DNA of 64,000 nt from Mobula hypostoma (taxonomy: Eukaryota). The notes under the pieces were generated by a model, which did not search any database, was not told the DNA's origin, and saw only the letters and a list, made by a program, of their open reading frames with translations. The DNA lies in contig NC_086097.1 of the NCBI RefSeq assembly GCF_963921235.1, positions 54,748,001-54,812,000 of the forward strand. Reading direction: 5' to 3'. Each line of letters begins with the position of its first letter. Position 1 is the stretch's first letter. A program made the position numbers and the translations under genes. Shown in pieces: positions 27,734 through 40,251 of this stretch.

Positions 27734-29565
27734 GCACCTCTTCCTATAGATGCTGCCTGGCCTGCTGCGTTCACCAGCAACTTTGATGTATGTTATAACA
27801 AATATCACCTTTCCCAGGTGATGTCTGACCAGCACCATTAATAGTCCTTTTACATTCAAACAATGTAAATTCAACATCCAAGCAGAAACTGGAGCATTCT
27901 TTTTTTCTCAGCAATCTGAGGAATGCTTGCCAAAACTGATTCTCTATAAGACCACTCTTCTTTACTTAAATTGGCCAAACTATGTACACTGACATACGTT
28001 TTTACGAATAATCCTGCTTTTTCAGAGTCAGTAACTGCAACCTTCTCCCCACCATACAAAACCGGTAATGCATCAAGTTTTCTAACTCCCCCCATTTTCT
28101 GTATCATATCCCAAACTTCCCCAATTTGGGTCTCTTTCCCAATGCTATCACAGTATGGTCTCCGATACTTTTTCTTTGCCCTTCTCATTACTTTTCTAAC
28201 TATGGCTTGAGCTGTGTTATACATATAAAAGATGAATAGGAGTAACACTAAAAGCTTTATTCCGCACCTTCACAGCTCCTTTTCCTTCATCTGTCCATCA
28301 GGGAACAGCTCTCCTTTTATTATCTCCCAGTAATCTGGGGATTGATTCCTTAGCTATTGAGTTGAATGCAGAGCACAAGGTATTATTACTCAACTCAATA
28401 TCCTCCTAAACCAAATGATCCGGAAATATACTTCCACATAAATAATCAAATACATCCCAATTTGCCTTATAAGATTCCATCTGGAGATATGAGAACCTTT
28501 GATACACATCAAAGTTTCAAAGTACATTTATTATCAAAATATCTGTACAGTACACAAAGCAGGCAGCCACAAAACAAAGAAACACCTGGAACCCATTTAA
28601 AGAAGACATCAAACGCCCAACGCATGAAAAGAAAAAACAAATTGTGCAAACAGCAAATATCAGACAGAATATTAAATATCGAGCTACAGGGTCCCCGAAA
28701 TGATCCAGGAGTGACAGCCTGAAGTCAATTCAGTTCAGCACTATGTCGATGACTGCAGACTTCAGCCACAAAGCCAGATCTGTACCAAAGCACCTCAGTC
28801 AAATTGTGCAAATATATGCTTCCTAGTTACACATATTTGCTATATCCTTAGATATCAGCATAGGGTCTATAGCAGAAACAGTGCTATTAAATAAATTTAT
28901 CCTGTGCTCTTACTATCATTCAAGCACACCAAACACCTTCCAGAAAGTCTTCCACCAACATTCCATTCACATTTGTGTCACTACAATCCTACGTAGCACT
29001 ATGAGCATTAAAATTCCCACACCATATAATCTTATTTTTCTTGCTTTACTATTCTTTCCCCAAATTTCAACCATAACTGGCTCATAAACAACTCCAATTT
29101 CTGTAACTCTTATGTGCTATTCCATTTTTGACAAAGGGTAGCCACTCATCCATTACCCATTTTCCAATCAACATAAACCTGTATCTTAAAACTTCGACAA
29201 GATTTCAACCAGATTTCCTGTACACATACAACATGAGGCATATTTGGTAAAGCTTCAATAAATGTCTTAAATTCTTGATCATTAGCTAACAGGCTTCTAG
29301 CATTCCATTGTAAGATTACAGGAACCATAAACAACCCTACTTTGAAATCAGAACATTATTTACTACTCTTGTAAGGCATCATCAATAACTTCCAGAGTAA
29401 AGTCTTTTACCTCTAGATGCTTTCCTTCAGCTTTTAATATAATTTATTTTCTTCTGTCCCACTTATAGTTTGTGCTGTACAGTTTACCACATCTGCCATG
29501 AAAGTAACAAACTTTAGTGTATCAACAGTCAGCCAATCCTTTGTTATATATTCAAGCACTTTACA

Positions 29566-29698
29566 TGGTCGTGAAGAAGAGTCTCAGCCCGAAACGTTGA
29601 CTGTTTACTATTTTCTGTAAATGCTGCATGACCTGCTGAGTTCCTCCAACATTTTGTGTGTGTTGCTTTGGATTTCCAGCATCTGAGGAATTTCTTAT
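29566..29698 (+). mobile_element. Older solo PLE 3' end with degenerate hammerhead
   Basis: ggtcGTGAAGAagagtctcagcccGAAAcgttgact followed by the family tail ...ttccagcatctg. Confidence 0.75.
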
Positions 29699-31414
29699 CT
29701 TTGTGATGCATTTTACACACTGTCTTTAATCTATCTGTATTCGGGATATTAATAGGTCCCGTTGACACTGTCTTTTGTACTTTCTGCAGAGTCTCTGCAT
29801 ATGACATACCCATTTCCACTCAAACACGTTGCACTTCCACAGCTTTCTTATATACAGGACAACCTGCTTAAGCTCCCCTGCTTATGTTCCCCTCCAAAGT
29901 TGCTACATTTTAGGTTAATGCCTTCACAATTGCCATAATCATGTTCTCCACCACATCTAGCACACCACTTTTTAGCTGTACACACAGCTGCTACATGGCC
30001 AAACTTGTTGCATTGAAAACACCTCAGATGAGGCAGCATATCCACTAGAACCACAATAGTCCAAATTAACCATATCCAGCAACTTTTTCCATCAAATTTA
30101 ATCAACACCAATAAGCTATCTATTCTTAGTCCACCACAAAAACTTCTAAATCATTTTACCATCTGCAAATTTTCTCCCAACTAAATTGTTTTTAACTTAC
30201 TCAGTGGATACATCTAGAGGCACTCCAGAGATTACTACCAAAGCCATTGTTGTTCATTATATATCCTTGGTGTTCCTCCTTCCCACAGTTATTAATCCCA
30301 GAGTTTCCTCATGTTGCTTACTGTCTTTGCAAAATACTAAGAGTGCCCCATCTCTTAAAGGTCTTGAGACCCCAATATCTCCTAATACTTTTTTCAGATC
30401 CTTAGTTTGGATTGATAGCAGAAAGAGGTCCACATTTGCAAGTCATTCTTTCTTTCATTTAAATCCCGACTATTGCCTTTGTCACTAGGTGATACGTAAA
30501 CCACTACAGTCCTCAATCAGCCACTTATTTTTCGTTTCCCAGAAACAGGCCATTCACCTTTCTCCATACAGCTCCTATCACCCAATACCACTTCCTGTTC
30601 GTTACCTCCATCTTCTCTGTTGCTTCCTGCATCTCTAACCACTCTCCCCCACTTTCTGCCTGAGAGCCACTTCCAACAGCAGGCTCAATCCTATGCTCCA
30701 ACCCCAATCATTCAACCAAGCCTCGTGCGTGTTATTGGCTGCAGGCAGGAAGAGCATCCCTCCAGAAAGCTCCTTGCATCCTGATTAAATTATTTTTCCA
30801 TTCATCCATTTTAAATTGTGGCCAATTTAGCAGGCTTTAATTTGAAACTTCCATTTTAACAGTAAGTCATAAAAGCCATTCATTTCTCCCACCAGCTTGT
30901 CCCTTTTCTCATCCAGTCCCTCCTCTTTCCTTGGGAATGTACTCACCCTATTTTAATTATAATTGGTTCATGACCTTTGCTCCATTTTGCTACTTAGTAC
31001 ATCAATCAGTATACACAGGGAATAAATATCCATCATCCTTTTGGGTGGAGAATTACAAAAGCTTATGACCCCATAAGTAAAGAAATTTCTTCACTCACGA
31101 AGCCGGGCTCTAAGGAAAGGGATGAAGAGTGAAGTCAGCCAGAGTGATAGCAATAAGGAACTTGATAGTAGGGCTGTCTGAGAGGGGAGGATGAGCAGAA
31201 AGTGGTTGTGGTCCATATAGGTACCCATTACATAGACAGGAGCAGGGATGAGGTCCTGCAAAATGATTTTGGGAAGCGAGGTAGAAAGTGAAAACGCAGG
31301 ACTTGCAGGGTTGTTATCTCAGGATTACTGTCCTGGCCATGTGCTAGTGAGGAGAGAAATAAATACATAGTGCAGTTCAATGTATGGCTAAGGAGCTTGT
31401 GCAGGAAGGAGAGC

Positions 31415-31612
31415 AACGCACACAAAATGTTGGAGGAACTCAGAGTACAGTCAACATTTTGGGCTGAAACCCTTCGGCAGGACAAAGGCTCCCAAGGGGT
31501 ATCAACCCGAAACATCGAGTGTACTCTTTTCCTAGATGCTCCCTGGCCTGTGGAGTTCCTCCAGCATTTTGTGCATGTTGCTCGGATTTCCAGCATCTGC
31601 AGACTTTCTCAT
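31415..31612. mobile_element. Older palindromic mini-PLE inside a CR1 ORF1 fragment
   Basis: Inverted arms cacaaaatgttggaggaactc / gagttcctccagcattttgtg with decayed hammerheads; tail present on the right arm only. Confidence 0.75.
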
Positions 31613-32474
31613 GTTTGTGGCAGGAAGAAGGGCTTCAGTTTTATGAATCATTGGGCTCTCTTCCAGGACAGGTGGAATCTCTATAAACAAAACAGTTTGC
31701 TGCTGAACTGGAGAGGAACCAATATCCTGGCCAGGAGTTTTGCTAGTGCTGCCCAGGAGGGTTTAAACTGGAGTGATGGTGAGATGGCAACAGGTGGTAG
31801 AGTTGAGGGCAAGAAAGATGGTATGACAAATAAGATTGAAAAGAGTAAAACCAATAGCCAAACAAGTAAACATAGTGGAATTGAATGGCTGAAATGTGTT
31901 TATTTCAACACTATTTGGGGAGGAAGATGAACTTAGAATCTGGATCAGTACATGGAATTACAATGGTGGTAAGGTGAGGAGCAACTTTTTTATGCAGAGA
32001 GTGGTAGGTGCCTGAACTGGTTTACCAACAATAGTAATGGAATTATTACGTTTTGTGGAGTTTAACAGACTTTTAGATAGATACATGAATATGAAGGGAA
32101 TGGAGGGTTATGGATGAAGACATCTATTATAAATAGGCATCAAGATTGGCAATAGAGTAAATGACCTACCTACTGCTGTACTGTTCTATGTTTAAACATT
32201 CAACCCCTTAGCCTGAAACTGCCTTCCTTAATTTTAAAATATCCAGACAGGAAACTTTGTAACGTTTATGTTGTTAGGAATAAACAGAATTTAGAATAGT
32301 TGATAGGTGGTTTTTACGCAGAGAGTGGTGTGTGCGTGAAATGGGCTGCCGGCGACTGTGGTGGAGGCGGATACAATAGGGTCTTTTAAGAGGCTTCTGG
32401 ATAGGTACATGGAGGTTAGAAAAATAGAGGGCTATGGGTAACCCGAAGTAATTTCTGAAATAAGTACATATTAG

Positions 32475-33118
32475 AGGAGGGAGGAGAAGATGGCGGCACG
32501 ACACAGCGCACGCAGCCGTTCCGAATGATATCGTATGTGTAACTAGGGGCTGTGCACAATCCGGATTTGATGGAGACACCCATGAGAAGCGCAAAGGAAC
32601 GTCTGGAGTAACTTCCGAAATGCCTGCTTCACTGCCGCTGCTACTGTGCAATCGAGAATCTCCAGAGACGAAGGCGCCAAATCCTCGGCTTTACATATCG
32701 CCTGTTGCCAGGGCCGGGGTCGAAGCGCTCGGCAGAGATGGTGCTCGGTGTCGAATAGGTGGTTGGAGGCTCGGAGTTTTTTCGGATGGACTTGGAGTCG
32801 GACTGTGGTCGGATGCTTCCAGAATGCTGCACTGGCAAGTTGGCGGCGCTGGAGGTTTACCCTCTGCGTGAGATGATGGGACTTTCGAGAGACTTTGAGA
32901 CTTTTACTTTGCCATGGTCTGTTCTTATCAAATTACGTATTGCTTTGCACTGTTGTAACTATATGTTATATGGTTTTTGTTAGTTTTTAAGTCGGTTTGT
33001 CATGTGTTTTTCGTGATATCATTCTGGAAAAAACATTTTATCATTTCTTAATGCATGCATTACTAAATGACAATAAAAGGGGACTGCTTGTCCTCATAAT
33101 CATAATAATAATAATAAT
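32475..33118 (+). mobile_element. Non-autonomous LINE-derived element (probably Rex1-related)
   Basis: CpG-rich 5' end with AAGATGGCG; AATAAA and (ATA)n tail; splits a CR1 3' end (about 32290-32470 and 33119-33182). Confidence 0.6.
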
Positions 33119-33558
33119 GTTCGGCACAGCATTGTGGACCAAAGGTCCTGTATTGTGCTGTAGGTTTTCTATGTTTCTATGTGATATACCTTTTCCAATC
33201 CAGATCAGTATTGATAAGTACTTGTCAGATAAGTAAGCCAAGTTTCTCCTGTTACTGATATCAAGTGATTAAATCTTATTGTAACTTACCTTTGCAGTAC
33301 CTCCATGTAATACATTTAAATATACTTATTTATTTTTGGTTTTCATTTAGTGATACAGCACAGAACAAGCACCACCTATTTAACCTTTGCCTACTCACAA
33401 GAAAATTTACAATGACCAATGAACCTACTAACCAGTATGTCTTTTGGAATGTGGTAGGAAACCAGAGTACCAGGAGGAAACACACATACTCTCAGGAAGT
33501 ACATATACTTCTTACAGACAGCGTCGGAATTGAACTCTTAACGCCCCAAGCTGCAATA

Positions 33559-36500
33559 CAGTGGTGCTAGAAAGTTTGTGAGCTCTAGAATTTTCTCTAT
33601 TTCTGCATGTGACCTAAAATGTGATCAGATCTTCCTAAAGTCCTAAAGAGAACCTGATTAAGTAAATAACACAAAAAACATACTTGTTCATTTATTTGAG
33701 AAAATGATCCAATATTACATGTATTTGTTGGAAAAAGTATGTGAACTTTTGCTTTCAGTAACGGGTATTGACCCCCTTGTACAACAATAACTTCAACCAC
33801 ACATTTCCAATAATTGTTGATCAGTCCTGCACATTGGCTTGGAGGAACTTTAGGCCATTCCTCTTTACAAAACTGCTTCAACTCTGGGATGTTGGTGGGC
33901 TTCCTTGCATGAACTGCTTGCTTCAGGTCCTTTCACAACATTTCTATCGGAATAAGGTCGGGACTTTGACTCAGCTATTCCAAAACACGGATTTTCTTCT
34001 TTCTAAACCATTCTGTTGTTAATTTACTCTTGTCTTTCAGATCATCTTGTTGCATTGTCCAACTTCTATTAAGCTTCAGGTGACAGACTGCTACCCTGAC
34101 ATTCTCCTGAAAAGTGTCTTGATACAATTTTGAGTTCATTGTTCCCTCAACAATTGCAAGCTGTCCAGGCCCTGAGGCAACAAAGCAGCTCCAAACCACC
34201 ATGCTTCACAGTTGGGATGAGGTTTTGGTACAGGTTTCCCCCGCCATCCGAAGGTAGCGCGTTCCTATGAAACGGTTCGTAAGCCGAAATGTCGTAAAGC
34301 GAAGAAGCAATTACCATTTATTTATATGGGAAAATTTTGTGAGCGTTTGCAGACCCAAAAATAACCTACCAAATCTTGCCAAATAACACATAAGACCTAA
34401 AATAACAGTAACATATAGTAAAAGCAGGAATGATATGATAAATACACAGCCTATATAAAGTAGAAATATTTCTCTACAACGATTGCACAGATCTCCGTAG
34501 CGAAAATCTCATGCAAGTGCTCTCGGCAGAAAATCTCACGCAAGCGCTGTTGGCATAAACGGCTCTCCAGTAACCTTTAAACTATGAAGCTGCCAGATCT
34601 ACCAAATAACACGTAAAAATACACAGCCCATATAAAGTAGAAATAATGTATGTACAGTGTAGTATCACTTACCGGAATTGGGAAAACAGCGCCGAGCACA
34701 CTGATGATGGTGTGTTAGACTGAGTCGTCGCAGGTTGGGGTGGTGCAGTGGCCCCCACCCTCCAGGCCGCCGACCGATACATTGCCGCGAAGAACACAGC
34801 GGTAGCCAGGAGGCACACAGCACATCTTTAAGAAAAAAGCCGAAATAAACGAGCTAATTAATTAGATTCTGCCTAGCACGTAACTGTTGGCCCAGATCAG
34901 AGGGGACTGCCGATTGCATCGCCTCTGATCTGGGCCGACAATTACGTGCTAGGCAGCACCTAATTAATTAGCATGTTTATTTCGGCTTTTTTCTTAAAGA
35001 TGTGCTGTGTGCCTCCCAGCTACCACTGCACTCTCCGCGAATCGGTACAGTATTCGGGGCCTGCGGGTTGGGGTGGTGGGACACGGGGGTGTTATTTCAT
35101 CGTCGATCAGGGCAGGCAGCTAATTTTCTCCTATGACTGCCTGCCTCGATGTCGAAGGTCGAGGTTCGTCGTCTGCTGTGGCTGATGTGGAAGGCTTGCT
35201 TGACTGCTGAGCCTCGCGCATTTTTCTATCATACAGTTGTTTGTAAGCACCCAAACCATCCTGCAAATATCCCCTAAACCTGCGTACCCTTTCAAAATTA
35301 AAGTCGTACTTTATCATTGCAGCGAGAATCTCACGCAGTTGCTTCACGTTCAGTTCGCTGCTGCATTCAGTTTCAATTGTTATCCTTTCTTTTTCCAATT
35401 GCATCAGCTCTTCATCTATCAGTTCTTGGTCATAGGATGCCAAAACCTCTTCAACATCATCTTCGTCAGCTTTCACAAGCCAAACTCACTTTGTCCTTGC
35501 TTCGTTCACCACGATCAAAATGCTTAATTATGTCTAGTTTTACGCTAAGTGCAACACCCTTACTCTTTCAGGCTTTTCAGACACCTTAGAACTCATCTTG
35601 CAAACGGCTGCTCACAGGCACATGTTTAAGCAATGCCATTCCGAATCCGGGGGAGAGCGGCTGCTCGGGGCGCGCGCTGATTTTTTATCACGCACTGCCT
35701 TTCTGCGTAACAGTGAAAACACCTTCTGAAAGCGATAACAGGGTACTAATGTAGGTCTTTCATAACAGTGAGGTTTCGTAAAGTGAATGTTCGAAAAGCG
35801 GGGAACACCTGTATTGGTCTGCAGTGTCCTTTTTCCTCCAAACATAGCAATGTGCATTTCTGCCAAAAAGTTCAACTTTTGTCTCATCTGTCCACAGAAT
35901 ATTGTCGCAGAAGCATTGTAGAACACCCAGGTGGTGTTTTGCAAATGTGAGATGTGCAGCAATTTTTTGTTTTGGAGAACAGCGGTTTTCTCCGTGGTGT
36001 CCTTCCATGAACACTGTTCTTCTTCAGTGTTTTTCTTATAGTGGACACGAACAAAGACCTTAGTAATTTGTAGGGATTTCTGCGATCTTTTGCTGCTACC
36101 CTTAGGTTCTTTTCCACCTCCTTCATTGCACGTTGTGCTCTTGGTGTGATCTTTGCAGGATGTCCACTCCTAGGGAGAATAGCAACAGTACAGTGTTTCC
36201 TCCATTTGTAAACAATGTTTCTTACTGTGGACTGATGAACACTCGGGTCTTTAGAAATGCTTTTGTGGCCTTTTCCAATTTCATGCTTCTCTATAGTTCT
36301 TCTAAGATCCTCTGAAAGATGTTTTGATCAAGGCATGGTGCACATAAACAGATCTTTCTTGAGACAAGCAGGCTCCGTCAGTAACCTGACTTTGTGTGTC
36401 TTTTTTTATAAGGCAGGCCACCTCTACAACCCACATGCAATCTCAACTCATTGATTGGAACACTTGACTCCAAATAGCTTTTGTAGAAGGCATTACCCCA

Positions 36501-36715
36501 GAGGTTCACATACTTTTTCCCAACAAATACATGTAATATTTGATCATTTTTCTCAATAAATAAATGAACAAGTATAATGTTTTTGTGTTATTTATTTAAT
36601 TGGGTTCTCTTTTTCTAATTTTAGGACTTGTGTGAAGATCTGATCACATTTTAAGTCATATTTATGCAGAAATAGAGAAAATTCTGCAGGGTTCACAAAC
36701 TTGCTAGCACCACTG
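33559..36715 (-). mobile_element. Tc1-like transposon with ~200-bp TIRs, decayed transposase
   Basis: TA|CAGTGGTGCTAG...CTAGCACCACTG|TA; transposase remnants ILWTDETKVELFG, MVVWSCF, QQDD, WPKVPPSQC. Confidence 0.92.
34231..35811 (-). mobile_element. Tigger/pogo-like element nested in the Tc1
   Basis: TA at 34229-34230 and 35812-35813; imperfect TIRs caggtttcccccgc / gcggggaacacctg; acidic Tigger-type C-terminus DEDDVEEVLASYDQELIDEELMQLE (35120-35476). Confidence 0.85.
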
Positions 36716-37924
36716 TAGCTATGCTATGCTACTGTGGTGCCTACACATGACGTGAGATTAACCTAGCCTTTTCTTAGTGTAAAAAGGCTCTAGCATGATT
36801 TTTGCTTCTGAGTCTTACTCCATCTTCTTTGCAACAATCTCTGCTGCCTTTCTTTGTGTCAAGCCCTAGTCTGCACTTGCAGGCTAATGTAAATGGTCCA
36901 TTACCACTATTTTGAAAATGTTTTGGGACTATGATAATAATCTTGTGATGTGATTGTGACAAATCATCCTTGAGCCAGTACTCTGTCAGATTGTTGTATT
37001 ATTTTCTGTGAGAGCCTGTAGTTCCAAAAGTGACTACGATATTTATCTTTTGCTTCTAAATTTCATTAGCCTTAGACTGCTTCATGGGCCCAGAGTTATA
37101 AAAGTTGACATTGAAATGCAACATTTTAATGTGTATTTTTGCAGTGGTCGTTATGGACAACCCATCCACCCATTCTCATTTGTTCATCCTCTTTATGTCA
37201 GCCTACTCTCTATATATACAGTACCTGTGAAGCCTTGTAGCAACAAATCTGTAATTAGTACTTTCTACTTAAATATTAGATTTTATAAATTGTAGTTTTA
37301 ATTTTTTAATTCAACTTGTATAGTTTCAACTGTCTTAGCATTGAAGAGCTCCTTCCCTATAAATTGGTACCACCTCATGTAACGGGTATGAAGGTTTCAG
37401 CCTGCTCTGATCTTAACTTTTCAAAGGGCATATCAAAGGCATATTGTGGGTTACTGCCTCTCAGTATTATTTTTCATTTTATTTGCACAATTTGTCTTCT
37501 TTTGCACATTGCTATATGTCAGTATTTGTTCATTTATAGCTTTCATAAAATTCTATTGAATTTCTTTTTTCCCCTGTAAAGAAGGCCTGCAAAAAATAAA
37601 TGTCAAGGCAATTACATATACATACGTTGATAATAAATTTACATTGAACTTTGTTTAATCATAACCTGAGTTTAAAGTTAAAAGATATATTTTATCATCT
37701 GCCTTTTAGATGGTAGGCTTTATTTTTAAATAAAAATCATCCCATAATCTTGAACCAGATGGACATACATAATAGTATATTGCTTTGTGCACATTTAAAT
37801 CAACACCTGGCACCCATGATGAATGAACAGGTTGGTGTGAATTTATAGCTAAAGTATTCTTAGCCTGCCCATAAAATTCTTTCTCTTCTCTAAGATTGAT
37901 ATCCTGTTAGTTTTATAACAAATT

Positions 37925-38064
37925 AGTTAGTCCTGACGAAGGGTCTCGGCCTGAAACGTCGACTGCACCTCTTCCTACAGATGCTGCCTGGCCTGCGCGT
38001 TCACCAGCAACTTTGATGTGTGTTGCTTGAATTTCCAGCATCTGCAGAATTCCTGTTGTTTGCG
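37925..38064 (+). mobile_element. 140-bp solo PLE 3' end
   Basis: 13-bp TSD TTTATAACAAATT (37912-37924, 38065-38077); same family as 49370-52414. Confidence 0.93.
37929..37964 (+). ncRNA. Minimal type I hammerhead ribozyme
   Basis: Identical 36-mer to 27698-27733. Confidence 0.85.
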
Positions 38065-38454
38065 TTTATAACAAATTTACTGTTTGTTCACACACCATTA
38101 CTTCCTTAGGAATACAGTTGCTCTTGCTTTTGTTCCATTTTATTGATTACTGTTTAAGATGATTTCAGCAGTTTCTGAAGTTGCTCTCTACCACTTTCCT
38201 TGAGCAGTTAGATATGGACAATAAATGTTACCACTAAAATCCTCTTCCCATAAACGGATGAATAAAAGTTTAGAAGTAGAACATTTGTGAGTCAACAATT
38301 GCTGATTTGCACTGAGACTTGTAATCCTGACTGATACTATAGCACAGTACTAAGCTAAGAATTTACCATTTAATGTTACATCCTTTCCTCAAGAGTCTGG
38401 AATAGGACAAGAATCATCCCATAATGAAACTAGTTCTTACATAGTATCTTAATC

Positions 38455-39805
38455 TTGAATGTTAATTTACAGGTTGAGTCGGTGGTAAGAAAAGCATATG
38501 TTAACATTCATTTCAAGAGGACTAGAATATAAAAACAAGGCTGTAATGGTGAGGGTTTCTAAGGCATTGCTCAGGCTACACTTGGAATATTGTAAGCAGT
38601 GTTGTGTGCCCTTATCTAAGAAAAGATGTGCTGACAGTGGAGAGGGTCCAGAGGAAGTTCACAAGATCGGGTTACGTATGAGCTCTGGACCTGTACTCGC
38701 TGGGGTTTAGAAAAATTGGCGGGGGGGGTGAAATTTCATTGAAACTATCGAATATTGAAAGGCCTAGATGGAGTGCATGTGGAGAGGATTTTTCTTATGG
38801 TGGGTGAGTCTATGGCCAGAGGGCACAGCTTCAGAATGGAAGGACGTCCCTATGGAACAGAAATCATTTCTTTAGCCAGAGGGTGATGAATCTGTGGAAT
38901 TCATTGCCACAGATAGCAGTGGAGGTCAAGTCATTGGGTAAGTTTAAAGTAGAGGTTTATAGGTTCTTAATTAGAAAGGGTGTCAAAGGTTACGGGGAAA
39001 AGGCAGAAGAATGGGGATGAGAGGGATAAGAAATCAAACATGATGGCAAACTTGATGGGCAGAATGACCGAATTCTCTTCCTATGTCCTAATGCAGAAAA
39101 GTACTCTAGATTCCTCACGTGGTCTGGTCATATCAGCAAAATGAGTCCATTACAAGTGAATCCGTGGTAAAGAAGGAAAATGCAATGTTGGCATTTATTT
39201 CAAGGAAAGTAGAATATAAAAGCTAGGAGATATTGCTGAGCCTTTATAAAACACTAGTCAGGTTGCACTTTTGGAGTATTGTCAACAGTTTTGGGCCCCA
39301 TATCTCAGAAAGGATGTGTTGTTATTAGAGAGAATCCAGAGGAGGTTCACGAGGATGATTCCAGGAATGAAGGGGTTAATGTATGAGGAGCGTTTGGCAG
39401 CTTTAGGCCTGTACTCACTGAAATTAAGAAGAATGCAGGGGGATCTTATTTGAAACCTGCCGAATGTTGAAAGGACTAGATAGGGTGTATGTAGAAAGGA
39501 TGTTTTTTATGCTGGTGGTATTCTGAACTAGAGGGCACAGCCTCAAATTTGAGAGGCAACAGAGGTGAGAACTTTTTTTTAGCCAGAGAGTAGTGAATCT
39601 GTGGAATGTTCTGCCACAGATTTTGGTGGAGGCCAAGTCCATGGATATATTTAAGGTGGAAGTTGATCGTTTTCTGTTCAGTCAGGGCATCAAAGGATAT
39701 GGCGAGAAGGCAGGTTGAGTGGGATCTGGGATCTGCCATGATGGAATGGCAGAGCAGACTCGATGGGCTGAATGGCCTAATTCTACTCCTATATCTTATG
39801 GTCTA
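38455..39805 (+). mobile_element. Two tandem CR1 3' fragments
   Basis: LEYC.QFWAPYLRKD remnants, each ending in a CR1 3' tail (about 39090 and about 39805). Confidence 0.85.
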
Positions 39806-40251
39806 ATGCAGATTAAAAACTTGAATCTTAGAGAATAAGCAGCATTGGGAAGGAATTTCAAAACAATGGCTCTATCAGCTGAATGTTTGCAGCAGGGGAG
39901 GGGTGGAGGAAACACCAGATTTTCAGAGTCCTTTAGCTTGGGGAGGGTGAGATGTTACCCTGGATGTATAATTGAATATACAAGCATCTGACCAGAAGTT
40001 CATGCTCCCGTGTGAATCAAGCTGATGGAAAAGAACATTTCAGTCTTTCAGAAATATCTCTTTAAAATTAAAGCTCTCATTTTCTCTTCTTTTTATGCAG
40101 ATTTTATCTTTTGAAGATGCATGGTGAATTGTCTGTGCAGCCGTTGGATGAAATGGTCCCATTGTGACTTACCAAATCCTAGATCATATATTTTGCCATT
40201 CGGTTTGCTGAAATACTGATGTCCTGAATGAATCCAGCTATCTGAAGGTTA

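Larger units (their letters stand above)
27555..27789. mobile_element. Palindromic mini-Penelope insertion (two inverted pLTR ends)
   Basis: Inverted arms of about 95 bp around a 10-nt loop; 13-bp TSD ATGTTATAACAAA (27542-27554, 27790-27802); sequence nearly identical to the 3' end of the PLE at 52280-52414. Confidence 0.93.
25562..30760 (-). mobile_element. Near full-length Nimb/I-group LINE, decayed
   Basis: ORF1 zinc knuckles (CFQCNKFGHVAAVC, CARCGGEH); APE start ILQWNARSL...CVQEIWL; RT-linker remnants; (AAG)n-like 3' tail at about 25562-25576; interrupted by younger inserts. Confidence 0.8.

Noticed and set aside
27478..27877. Repeated MLVNAAGQAASIGRG ORFs (also at 49386 and 52024)
   Set aside because: These are antisense translations of the PLE pLTR, not genes.
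27545..37922. Shared TTATAACAAA in two PLE target sites as sequence-specific targeting
   Set aside because: Opposite orientation relative to the element and absent from the other two sites; only a loose AT preference is supportable.
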